A stretch of DNA of 64,000 nucleotides, taken from NCBI GenBank assembly GCA_018814355.1, contig JAHIZT010000037.1, positions 5,989 to 69,988 of the forward strand, in the 5' to 3' direction. A program made the position numbers and the translations under genes. Below the pieces are notes generated by a model. It made no database searches and was not told where the DNA came from. It worked only from the letters and a program-made list of their open reading frames with translations. The DNA comes from Thermoplasmatota archaeon (lineage in GTDB: Archaea; Thermoplasmatota; Thermoplasmata; UBA10834). Shown here piece by piece: positions 18,481 through 28,200 of this stretch. The number at the start of each line of letters is the position of its first letter. Position 1 is the stretch's first letter.

Positions 18481-20022
18481 TCAGATGCTCCAGCCCTCGG
18501 TCGGGAGATTGAAGGCTTCGATAATGTCGTCCCTCACGAAGACCATCGGCGCATCCACATTCTCGAAGGCCCCGAATGCGGATTCAGACCACACACCCAT
18601 GAAGTCAGATGAGACCTTGCTGTACCCGAGGCCCTCCAGGAAGATGGCAACGTGAAACAAATCGTTCTCGACGAACCGGTAACTGAACAAGAAGACTGCC
18701 GGACGGTATTCAAAGACGGCAGCGTAGATATCATCGCCGGTCAGCTCGGGGTACACACGGGTGCCCACGTTGACCATGCTCGGAGGTGTGAGTCTCTTGG
18801 CGTAAGAGGTGATGAGCGGGTCTCCACTGATGATCCAATCGTTGGGTGTGGTCCACGCTGCTATCTTCTCTCCGTAGGCCAGTTGACCCGGCTTCTCTTG
18901 TGCTGCGAGTCCGTACGATGCCAACCCCGCGGACACGAGGATCCCAACCAGCAGAACGGCCATAACGGCCTTGGATTCATATGTCCTCTTTTTCCTATCA
19001 ATCATCTCAATCTTCTCTATGAACAGCCCCTTTTTAGTTTCATATCCATGCGCTATGAACATTCCGGAGAGTATGGCCAACCCGGGGCTCATCAACACCA
19101 TGTGATGAAGGAATACCAGAGGCTGCAGGACGAAGTCTGCGAGTAGCACCACGGTCAGGATGAGCAGGAACCTCGCCTCCTTCGAATGCGACCATACTCT
19201 GCGGGCGTACACGAGGGGGAGCGCGTACGCGAGGTTCAATCCGAAGAAGACGGGTATCGAGAGCTTCATTGCGAGGTCGAATTCCCGGTGCCCCTGGTCG
19301 AACAGCATACCGTTCAACATGTCAGAGGGGCCTAGGGCCAGAATCAAGACGGCCAGTGGCACCGCCGCTGCCCCTAGTAGAATGACAAGGTCGATGATCG
19401 TCCTTGTGGCTTTCTTGTTCTCCTTGTCGCCCTGCCAGAACTGAAGTAGCATGAACAGGAGCATCCCCAGGAGGGCGACTCCACCGAACAGCTTCGAGGC
19501 TGTCGACAGTCCCACGAGCAGCCCGGCCAAGATGAGCGCGGCCCTGGAACCTTTCCTCAGATAATGCAGGAACAGCGGCAGCGAGATCGCGAGGAAGGAG
19601 GTTGAGATGCCATCGAGCGAGAAGAGCCTCGACTCACGGAGCAGGGCGAAATCGATCGCTAGCAGAACGCCAGTCACCAGCATCGCAACATTGCCATGCT
19701 GCTTCTTTGATGCGAGCATGCAGGCAGCGATGGCCACAAGACTCAGGGCGGCGGTCAGGGCCCGCAGGACAACGACATCGCCGTCGAACACGGAGCCGAT
19801 CAGGAACACCAGGGGTGCCTGGTCGCACGGAAGCTCTGTGTAGAGCCCGTACCCTTGGCTGACCATCCTGGCCCTCTCCAGCATTATGCCTTCGTCGACA
19901 CCGTTGTTCGAGAAGCTCCAGTTGATGTTGTAGAACCTAAGGAATGCTGCAGCCGCCAGAATCAGCACCACCGCAATGAGAACCTTCCTCTTGTCGGTGG
20001 TCAGGTTCTCCAGCAGCTTCAT
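18481..20022 (-). CDS. GT-C glycosyltransferase of the GT39/GT83 (PMT/ArnT-like, Dol-P-sugar dependent) family
   Basis: 513 aa polytopic membrane protein with an early luminal-loop DE motif (NNGVDEGIM) and a PMT_2-like topology. It converges on the Dol-P-Man synthase gene. Confidence 0.7.
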   Translation of the reverse strand: MKLLENLTTDKRKVLIAVVLILAAAAFLRFYNINWSFSNNGVDEGIMLERARMVSQGYGLYTELPCDQAPLVFLIGSVFDGDVVVLRALTAALSLVAIAACMLASKKQHGNVAMLVTGVLLAIDFALLRESRLFSLDGISTSFLAISLPLFLHYLRKGSRAALILAGLLVGLSTASKLFGGVALLGMLLFMLLQFWQGDKENKKATRTIIDLVILLGAAAVPLAVLILALGPSDMLNGMLFDQGHREFDLAMKLSIPVFFGLNLAYALPLVYARRVWSHSKEARFLLILTVVLLADFVLQPLVFLHHMVLMSPGLAILSGMFIAHGYETKKGLFIEKIEMIDRKKRTYESKAVMAVLLVGILVSAGLASYGLAAQEKPGQLAYGEKIAAWTTPNDWIISGDPLITSYAKRLTPPSMVNVGTRVYPELTGDDIYAAVFEYRPAVFLFSYRFVENDLFHVAIFLEGLGYSKVSSDFMGVWSESAFGAFENVDAPMVFVRDDIIEAFNLPTEGWSI

Positions 20023-20078
20023 GGGTCCCGCTTCCCTAGTCGGGAACAGCGACGGGGCTTATTGATTCTGCCGGAAGG

Positions 20079-21263
20079 TCATAGGAATTCCTGGAACTCC
20101 TTGACCAATTCGGGGTGCTTCGTCTGGATGGCCTTGAGTATTGCGAATGTGGACATCTTCTCCACACCCACCTGGTTGAGGGTCATGATGATCTTGTTGA
20201 ATGCATCGTCCGTCAGCGTCACGAGCTTCTCCTTGGCCATCCAGTTCCTGTACAGGTTGTTCTCCAGGAGGTCTCTCCAGCCCTTCTCATAGCGCTGGAG
20301 CGACTGGGCGCTGAAGTTCTTCTCCGTGGTGGCCTTGGCCAAAACCTCTCCCGCGACCTTGCCAGCCTTGCAGCTGTTAGAGATTCCTCCACCGGTGATG
20401 GGGTCTATCTGCCTGGCAGCGTCCCCTACCAGTAGCACGCCGTCCCCGACGGTCTTGTCGATGGGGGCACATATGGACACTGCCCCGCTCACTAGTTCAA
20501 GAGGTTTGCCCTTCTTCAGCCTGGGGTCCGCCAGTACGAACCTGTCCAGGTGTTTCTTGACGTCCGCCGGGTCCTTGAGCTTCGTCAGTTGCATGCCTAT
20601 GCCGACATTCGCCGTGTCCTCGTTCTTTGGGAATATCCAGATGTACCCGCCTGGGGCTTTGCTGCCGAGAACGAACTCGCAGTAGTCAGGATCGTAGTTG
20701 ATGTTGGTGAGCCTGTACTGGAAACAGGTCGTGATGTCCCTCGGCGCGAGGTTGGTGTTTATGCCTGCCCATCTTCCGACCTGGGACTCGTATCCGTCAG
20801 CACCGACCACGCATCCGCATTTGATGTCCTTCGTCTCACCGAAGGATTTGATCTTGACGCCGGTGACCTTGTTGCCGGACTTGAGAAGCTTGATGGCAGA
20901 GGTCTTCAGCACCAAATCGGCGCCGGCCTTCGCGGCGTCGTGGGCCAAGAGCTTGTCGAAGAAGACGCGGTCGAGCACGATCCCAACCTCGTTCCCGGCC
21001 ATCTTCTCGGAAAGGTAGAACGACGTTCCGTTCGGGGCCACGATATTCGCGCCCTTGACTTCCCTGGCCACGCTCTTGGAATCCAGTTTGACCCCTACCG
21101 AGTCAAGCCAGGGGCGGGATATGCCCTCTCCGCATCTCACAGGAGAACCGATCTCCTGTCTCTTCTCTATCATGAGAACGCGGGCGCCGCCCTTGGCCGC
21201 CCACTTGGCGGTCATCGAGCCGGCTGGTCCCGCCCCGACCACAACGACATCGTAGTCTGGCAT
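20079..21263 (-). CDS. Geranylgeranyl reductase (digeranylgeranylglycerophospholipid reductase)
   Basis: The N-terminal FAD motif is YDVVVVGAGPAGSMTAKWAA and the GGR family is collinear throughout (394 aa). Confidence 0.9.
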   Translation of the reverse strand: MPDYDVVVVGAGPAGSMTAKWAAKGGARVLMIEKRQEIGSPVRCGEGISRPWLDSVGVKLDSKSVAREVKGANIVAPNGTSFYLSEKMAGNEVGIVLDRVFFDKLLAHDAAKAGADLVLKTSAIKLLKSGNKVTGVKIKSFGETKDIKCGCVVGADGYESQVGRWAGINTNLAPRDITTCFQYRLTNINYDPDYCEFVLGSKAPGGYIWIFPKNEDTANVGIGMQLTKLKDPADVKKHLDRFVLADPRLKKGKPLELVSGAVSICAPIDKTVGDGVLLVGDAARQIDPITGGGISNSCKAGKVAGEVLAKATTEKNFSAQSLQRYEKGWRDLLENNLYRNWMAKEKLVTLTDDAFNKIIMTLNQVGVEKMSTFAILKAIQTKHPELVKEFQEFL

Positions 21264-21458
21264 CTACTTCTCCCCCGCGATCTTGATGGCGCCCACAGGG
21301 CAGACCTTGATGCAGCGCATGCACATCGTGCAGTCGTCGTTGAACTCCAGCACGACCTCGTTCAGGTATATGGCATTCACGGGGCACGAGCCCACGCACG
21401 CACCGCAGTGCATGCATCTGGGTATGTCCACATCGAACTCGTCCAATTCCTTGTCCAT
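21264..21458 (-). CDS. Small 2x[4Fe-4S] ferredoxin (GGR-associated)
   Basis: CMHCGACVGSCP and CTMCMRCIKVCP. The start was trimmed to MDKELDEF because the longer ORF would overlap the upstream gene. The gene immediately precedes GGR on the same strand. Confidence 0.7.
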   Translation of the reverse strand: MDKELDEFDVDIPRCMHCGACVGSCPVNAIYLNEVVLEFNDDCTMCMRCIKVCPVGAIKIAGEK

Positions 21459-21468
21459 GATTATCAAC

Positions 21469-23022
21469 TCATGTGTACTCTTCGCCGTGCTTCTTTCTCC
21501 ACTCGGCCAGCGGCACCGAGAACTTCTTCTCGACCTCGGTCCTGTAGACCGGGCCGGAGTTGTATGCGCAGAACGGGATGATCTTCCCATCCGGCGTTGT
21601 GTAGTGTATCATGCACCTTTTGACCCGCTCGATATCGTAGTTGTACGAGTCCATGAAGTGCATCGCGCCGACGTACATCATCTTCCAGCTGAACCTGGCT
21701 AGCTCGCTCTTGGTATCCTCGGAGATGATCCCTTTCAGGGACCTCAGGAAGTCCATCTTGCTCATGCCCTCGGGGAGCTCGTTCTCCCTGACGTACTTCT
21801 TCAGCAGGTTGTACGCCTTCACCTTGGACAGCAGCTTGACCTTCTTCCCCTCGGTCTTCTTGGCAAGCTCGTAGACCTCGGTGAACAGGTTCTCGACATC
21901 CACGAACCTCGTCACGGGTACCACGTGGTCCGCATCCTTGACGAACATGTAGGTGGCCATGCCGCAGTGGACGTGCGTGGTCAGCGTGACCTTCGGGTCA
22001 CAGTACAGAGCCGCCCATAGCTCCGAGACGGAGGCAACGGTCGGGACGGGGTACCAGTCGGTCGTCTTGATCATCCCTTTCGACTGCTTCTCTATGTCCT
22101 TCGCGAGGTCGGGGATCGTGTACCTACCCTTCTCCAACTCCTCGTTGCTGATCCTGCCGGTGAACGCCACGGGTTGGAAGTTCACACCCCTGACGACGTC
22201 CATGTTCTCAAGGGCGTAGTGCAGTATCGGCCAGACCTGGTCGTCGTTCAACCCCTTCACGATGGTCGGGACGAAGACGATCGACGGATGCCTCTTGACC
22301 TTCCTGCAGTTCTCGATGACCTTCTTCTTCGTGTCGAGCAGGTCCGCGCCCCTGGCGCGCTTGTAGATCTCCGGTCTGAGGCCGTCGAACTGCAAGTAGA
22401 CCGTGTTCAGGCCAGCATCGCTCGCCTTCTGGAAGAAATCCACATCCTTGGCGAACAGGATGCCGTTCGTGGCCACCTGGACTTGTGCGAACCCCAGGTC
22501 ATGGGCCGCCTTGATGATGTCGATGAACCTCGGATGGATGGTCGGCTCGCCCCCGGAGAACTGCACGGCAGGCGTTGGGACAGGCCTCTGGGCCCTGAGG
22601 ACCTTCAGCATGCCGACGACCGTGTCGTAGTCCGGTTCGAACACATATCCTGCCTGGTTCGCGTTCGCAAAGCAGATCGGGCACTTCAGGTTGCATCTGT
22701 TGGTGAGGTCGACATTCGCGAGTCCAGTGTGAGAGAGATGGAGGTTGCACAGGCCGCAGTCGAAGGGGCATTGCCTCGCATTCGGTATCAGGGGCTCGCG
22801 GACACCTACACCATCCTTGGCCCACTTCTCGGCCCTCAGATACATGTCCACATCGGACCATACTATGTCCCTGAAGTTGCCGTGTTTGGGGCAGTTCTTC
22901 TCCATAACCACCTTGCCCTTGTCCTCTCGTATGGTGGCGGGTATGATCATCAAACATTCCGGACACAGGCTCTCCGTCTTCTTCGGAAGCCCCAGCGGAA
23001 TAGCGGATTCCCTGGTCAGCAT
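21469..23022 (-). CDS. tes: Radical SAM enzyme, probable tetraether lipid synthase (Tes/GDGT-MAS) homolog
   Basis: 517 aa with the radical SAM CxxxCxxC (CNLKCPICF), a second Cx3Cx2C (CPFDCGLC), an N-terminal rubredoxin-like CPEC...CPKHG, and C-terminal cysteines. It sits in an operon with a ferredoxin and GGR. Confidence 0.55.
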   Translation of the reverse strand: MLTRESAIPLGLPKKTESLCPECLMIIPATIREDKGKVVMEKNCPKHGNFRDIVWSDVDMYLRAEKWAKDGVGVREPLIPNARQCPFDCGLCNLHLSHTGLANVDLTNRCNLKCPICFANANQAGYVFEPDYDTVVGMLKVLRAQRPVPTPAVQFSGGEPTIHPRFIDIIKAAHDLGFAQVQVATNGILFAKDVDFFQKASDAGLNTVYLQFDGLRPEIYKRARGADLLDTKKKVIENCRKVKRHPSIVFVPTIVKGLNDDQVWPILHYALENMDVVRGVNFQPVAFTGRISNEELEKGRYTIPDLAKDIEKQSKGMIKTTDWYPVPTVASVSELWAALYCDPKVTLTTHVHCGMATYMFVKDADHVVPVTRFVDVENLFTEVYELAKKTEGKKVKLLSKVKAYNLLKKYVRENELPEGMSKMDFLRSLKGIISEDTKSELARFSWKMMYVGAMHFMDSYNYDIERVKRCMIHYTTPDGKIIPFCAYNSGPVYRTEVEKKFSVPLAEWRKKHGEEYT

Positions 23023-23090
23023 TCTATCGCGTCCTTGGTATACGAATCCGTGCGAATCATTTAAACCTTGTGTAGCTCATACAGCTACAT

Positions 23091-23837
23091 ATGGACATGA
23101 AGAAGGCCGTAGAGATGCTCGGGGGCGACTATGAGAGGCTGGCGCAGGACTATGCTCAGGTATCCAGTGTGTTGGTTGGGATGGGGCTCTCCGACTACGA
23201 GTCGCGCGCCTACATCGCGCTCGTCGCCTTGGGACCAGCATCTGCTAATCCTGTAGCTGACATCGCGAACATACCGAGGACATCTGCATACAAGGCGTTG
23301 AGAGCTCTGGAGAAGAAGGGGTTCGCGATTGAGAAACCCGGACGGCCAAGGTCCTTCGCCCCAGAGGACCCTTCCGTGCTCTCGAAGCAACTCGTCTCGC
23401 GGGTGGAAGAGGCCTTCGCCAAGTTGTCCAAGCTCAAAGACCTGCTCTCGCAGAAGGGAGTCCCACAGCTCATCTACACCATCATGGGGAAGGAACGCGT
23501 CGTGGACAAGATCGGCGAGATGCTCGACAGGTCAGAACACACATTCGTGATGTCCTCTCCGACCCTTTCGGAGATAAGGAGAAGGCTGGGCAAGCGCTTC
23601 TCGAATGCGGCTGCCAGGGGAGTGTCGGTCTCGATCATGACGAGCCCGTTCGTGAAGGCGCCAAAGGGCGTTGCCGTGGTAAGAAGAAAGGCGCTGATAG
23701 CAACCGATGTGATCAGCGACGGAAAGACGGCGCTAATTGCCGCGCCCGACCTCTCGGCCTGCGGATACACGGACAACGAGGCACTGTCCAAGCATCTCGA
23801 GGATTTCCTGAACATAATGTCCGAGAGGCGTGACTAG
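23091..23837 (+). CDS. TrmB-family transcriptional regulator
   Basis: N-terminal wHTH (YESRAYIALVALGPASANPVADIANIPRTSAYKALRALEKKG) plus a TrmB-like C-terminal domain. Confidence 0.7.
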   Translation: MDMKKAVEMLGGDYERLAQDYAQVSSVLVGMGLSDYESRAYIALVALGPASANPVADIANIPRTSAYKALRALEKKGFAIEKPGRPRSFAPEDPSVLSKQLVSRVEEAFAKLSKLKDLLSQKGVPQLIYTIMGKERVVDKIGEMLDRSEHTFVMSSPTLSEIRRRLGKRFSNAAARGVSVSIMTSPFVKAPKGVAVVRRKALIATDVISDGKTALIAAPDLSACGYTDNEALSKHLEDFLNIMSERRD

Positions 23838-23840
23838 GCT

Positions 23841-25121
23841 CTAGATTATCAGCACGAAAATGAGGACGTTGGTCACAATCATCGTGACGATCGTCGCCGG
23901 TATGGCTACCTTGCAGTACTGCGCCCAGGTGAACTTGATGCCGTGCTTCTCGGCGACGGCCAGCCCGACCACGTTCGCTGAGGCCCCGATGGGCGTGGCG
24001 TTTCCTCCCACATCGCACCCCAACGCCAGCGTATACGCAAGCGAATTGAGCGGTATGCCTGTGTCCGCGGAGATTGTCTGTATCACTGGGATCATGGCCG
24101 CAGAGAGCGCGACGTTGTCCAGCAGGGCCGAGAGCAGGGCCGAAATCCATAGGACGACTAGGATCACGAGAACGACGCTGTCCCCGGTGAAACCCACGAG
24201 AGAGTGCGCGAAGCTAGAGAGCACACCGCTGCTATCTAGTCCCCCCACCATCACGAACAACCCGCCAAGGAAGACGATTGTGTGCCAATCGATCTTGTCT
24301 ATCAGGTGGTCCATCTTCCTCCCGCCGAGGAACAGGACCAGCGTTGCCCCGAGAATCGCTGCGTAGGCCACGAACATGTCGATCGCGCTGTGCAGGGTCA
24401 GGAGAGTTACCGTGAAGATGAAGACTATGAGCGCAATCCTCATCAGCCTGAGGTCCTCGATTGCACTGAAGGGGTCCAAGTCCTTGTGCTCCTCCATTAT
24501 GTCCTTGACGTCGTGGTGCTTTCTGTTGAGAAGCTTCTCGTAGATTAGCCCAAAGACAAGGATGTTGACTGCGAAGGCAATCATCGCGATCGGGCCCGTG
24601 TTACTGGCGAAGTCGGAGAAGGTGAGGTTGAGCGCGGTCCCGATTATCACGTTGGGAGGGTCGCCAACCATGGTCGCGCTGCCTCCTATGTTCGCCGAGC
24701 AGATCTCGGCGATGAGGAACGGTATCGGCGGCACCCGGAGGATGGTGCAGACCTCGATAGTGAGCGATGCCATGAACACCATCACGGTTATGCTGTCCAT
24801 GAATGCTGCCAGGAACGCCGACAGCCCGCAGAATATGATGAAGACCTTCAGGGTCTGGAACTTGGTCGCCTGGAGCGCCAAGAGCCCAATCCATCTGAAG
24901 AAACCGCTTTCTTTTAGGGCAGCCACGAGCACGAACATGCCGAAGATGAGCCCGAGTGCCTCCCAATGGATGTATTGGATGACCTCTTTCTCGCTCAGGA
25001 TTCCCAGGCCGACCATCGTGAGCGCCCCGAACAGGACCGCGACGGTCCTGTCGACAAGGTCGAAGACCATTGCGACATACACCGCCGCGAATATGAGTAT
25101 GGCTAACGAGCCCTGCTCCAC
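23841..25121 (-). CDS. ArsB/NhaD-superfamily anion permease (CitMHS-like)
   Basis: 426 aa with about 11-12 TM and the ArsB/NhaD duplicated-repeat pattern. The annotated start is GTG, and a downstream ATG is possible. Confidence 0.7.
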   Translation of the reverse strand: MEQGSLAILIFAAVYVAMVFDLVDRTVAVLFGALTMVGLGILSEKEVIQYIHWEALGLIFGMFVLVAALKESGFFRWIGLLALQATKFQTLKVFIIFCGLSAFLAAFMDSITVMVFMASLTIEVCTILRVPPIPFLIAEICSANIGGSATMVGDPPNVIIGTALNLTFSDFASNTGPIAMIAFAVNILVFGLIYEKLLNRKHHDVKDIMEEHKDLDPFSAIEDLRLMRIALIVFIFTVTLLTLHSAIDMFVAYAAILGATLVLFLGGRKMDHLIDKIDWHTIVFLGGLFVMVGGLDSSGVLSSFAHSLVGFTGDSVVLVILVVLWISALLSALLDNVALSAAMIPVIQTISADTGIPLNSLAYTLALGCDVGGNATPIGASANVVGLAVAEKHGIKFTWAQYCKVAIPATIVTMIVTNVLIFVLII

Positions 25122-25277
25122 GAGTGCATCCCGAAGGGTCTAATGCCAATGCGGTCTAAGAACATTTCTACGTGCTCTGCTCGGCGCCGGCGGTTCTTTG
25201 AAGAATCTCGTTCGGCCAGATGTACGCTGCATGTAGCTGATACCATTTACCCTCTGGAGGCCGGTCGCGAAGCTGGT

Positions 25278-28200
25278 ATGGCTATGAGTATCAGGACCGT
25301 CGGGCTGGGAAGCAGTCTTTCGAAGCTCAGAAGCATGAATAGGGACAGGGCGGGACAGGTCTCATTCGCTGTCATCGCGGTCGTTCTGCTGACCGCCTCT
25401 GCGATAACCGGAACATACATGGCAAAGAGCCAGCTGGATCGGGCCCAGGATGAGAGGCGACAGAAGCTTCTGGACGCCATGGAGGACGCCGCTGGGGATG
25501 TCATCCAGGAGCTGAGCTTGTGCGGTGCATCAAAGGCCCACGAGACAGTCTCCTCATGGACCAGGTTTCCGGTGAACGAGTCCGATATCTCGGACGCTTA
25601 CTCGGACAAGGTGTCGATGTACATAGGCACGAGCTATCCGCGATCCGAGGGGAAGTTCGCGGTCGAGGTCTCCAACTGGACGGGGGGACTATTCTTCATC
25701 GAGCGAAAGACGCTGGACCTCGTCCCTCAGGAGGCCAACGGCACAGAGGAATTGGAAATCGACGGTATCAAGATGGACTACGAGAAGCTTCCATCGCCGT
25801 CCGCAGAAGTGATGGGCGAGACGACCGCGAACCCGTACTACGTGGCTCTTGGCAACTTCTCAATCAGGGTGTCGGTCAAGAACGTCGCGCTCGTCAAGCA
25901 ATCGTCGTTCCAGAGACCGATTGTGTCCGCCCTCCCATTTCTGGAGTCCAAGCTTAGGGCGTTCGAGGGGGCATCCGATGGCGAGCTTTCCGACCTGGGT
26001 CGACTGCTCGGGTACATGCTGAGCACTCTCTGCGAACTGAGGGTGCTCGAGGGCTATGGCCAGCCGATGTACTCTGGCAGGGAGACCTCTCAAGTGCTCA
26101 CGGAGGACGATGTGTACCGCGCGGTCGCCGTCGGGCTGCTCCTCGAGCAAGCTAGGGTCTTCAGGACTGTGGACCATGGATTCGCGGCCCAGGTCGCGGA
26201 TGCCTGCGGAGGCGGGTATCCCGGCATCGACGCCTTCCTAAGTCCCAAGGAGCGAACGCTCGACGCAGCCGAACTCTTCCTGTGGTTCTTGGGAATCACC
26301 AAGCCTCAGATCGATTCTCGGATGATCATCGCCCAAGCGGTCTTCGGCTTGTCCGATGCGCTCGCGCTAAGGATCATGGACTACATGGGCTGGCTAGGTC
26401 AGCTGGACTTGGCTAAGGGCCTGTTGGACTCCATGCACAGCACGATCGATTCGTTCGTCTCGTTCCTAACGGGCGTCGACAAATCCTGGATCGCCGTCGT
26501 GTCATGGATAGGCAAGACGCTGAAGATGACTGGGGCCGACCCAAGGGCGTACTCGGAGTTGTTCTCCTCGCCCGAGGACTTCTCAGTACTCGTGCCGGAG
26601 AGGCAGTACTTCGTGGAGGACGCCTCTGGGAACCTGTATCCTGTCTGGGTCGGGAACATGTCGTGCCCTGTGAACGTCCCGCAGTACGACCTCCTTTCTT
26701 CAGCCAAATGGAAGGACTTCTATGCTTCCTACAAGGAATGCCAGGCGAGTTTCAGAACGCAGCTGGCGGACGGCATCACAAGACTGGCGTTCGACATCGC
26801 CGACCTCGCTCAGCTCGACATGAATGAGACCGTCGTCGACCCCACTGACGGCCGGGACATTTTCGAGTCGCTGGTTCACGGTTCGGGGGAGGTCGACCTT
26901 AGATTGGAGCGGACATCACTTGCCCAAAGAGGGAAGAATCTTCCTATGTTCTCGTCGAACTATCAGCTGGCCACGAGGTTCGGCCAGTTCGTGAATGCGA
27001 ACGGCCTTTCGCTCGTGAACCGGACAGGCCTGCTCCAGGCGACCTATTCCGACCTGGCAACCTCCGTGGCCGCCTCCGCAAGGTACGCCTACATACCCGA
27101 CCTTGTCGTTCCAGTCGAGCAGCAGATCGAGGACATTGTGAGGCACGACGTCGAGCTGGACGCGGGCTGGGGCGTGGGCGCGGCGACCGCCTCATTTCTG
27201 GATGGCATCTCTGCAAGGGACCTCGAACGGCTTGTGGCCCTTGTCAACATGTCCATCGTGAAGGCTGATGACGGCTTCATGGGTCCGTTGGTGGATTCGG
27301 TCGCAAACATGATAGCCTGGGGCACGGACACGCTCCCCGGCCTGGAGCAGCTGGTGGAGATGCAGCTCTCTGCATTTGCGCGGCAGGTTCTGGAACAGAA
27401 GGAGTTCTCCGCCCACAAACGGCATGTCCAGGTAGGGTTGGGCGGAACCTTCGAGTTCTGGGAGGGCGACAAGACCTCCGCCGCAGGAAATGCCCGGGTC
27501 ATGAACGAGTCGTTGAACGTGTCCGTCCAGTCCGGGCTGCCGCCCATGCAAACGGTGCCTTTCGACGCATCCGCAGGATACGATTCTCTGGAAAACCTGT
27601 TCCCAACGGACAACATGCTGGTCCAGGTCAAGGGACCTTGGGACTTCGATTCAAGCATCGCCTCATATCCCAACCTCCATTTGACATCGGCCGACAATGA
27701 GACTCTGAAACCGTACTCGACCCAGTGGACTGTCTCCGTCCTAGGAGTCCTGAGCCTGGCGCTTTCGACGCACAACTCCGCTATGCAGTCGATCCTATCC
27801 GATGGAGGAACGGAATCGAGGAGGAGCATACGGATAGAAGTATGCGTCCCAGTTGTTGTGCATTCCGCATGGCCTCTCCAGGGTGTGGTCTACAATCCCA
27901 CCAACACCGCGCTCGCTGACGGGCTGGCTGCAGCGAGGGTGTGCTACGATATCCTCTGGGACAAGCTCGGGCCGGTGCTTGGGTGGGTCAAGGACGGCAT
28001 GGAGATGATCTACAAGTTCGTCTCCGATGCGTTCGATGTCCTTGCGCGTTTCGCAAATCGCATGATAAAGTACATCACAGAGGCCATGCAGACATTGATC
28101 GAGAACCTCCAGGAGTACATACAGAAAGTGGCGGACTCCGCGCTCGGAAAAGCCATCAGATGGTTCATCGACATCACTGGACGGGTCGAGTTCAGGTTCT

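Noticed and set aside
25143-25277. 45-codon N-terminal extension of the giant ORF (MPMRSKNISTCSARRRRFFEESRSAR...)
   Set aside because: It is Arg-rich and non-native looking. It would leave only about 20 bp between divergent start codons. The internal ATG at 25278 is preceded by GGAGG and a proper signal-anchor follows, so I call the start at 25278.
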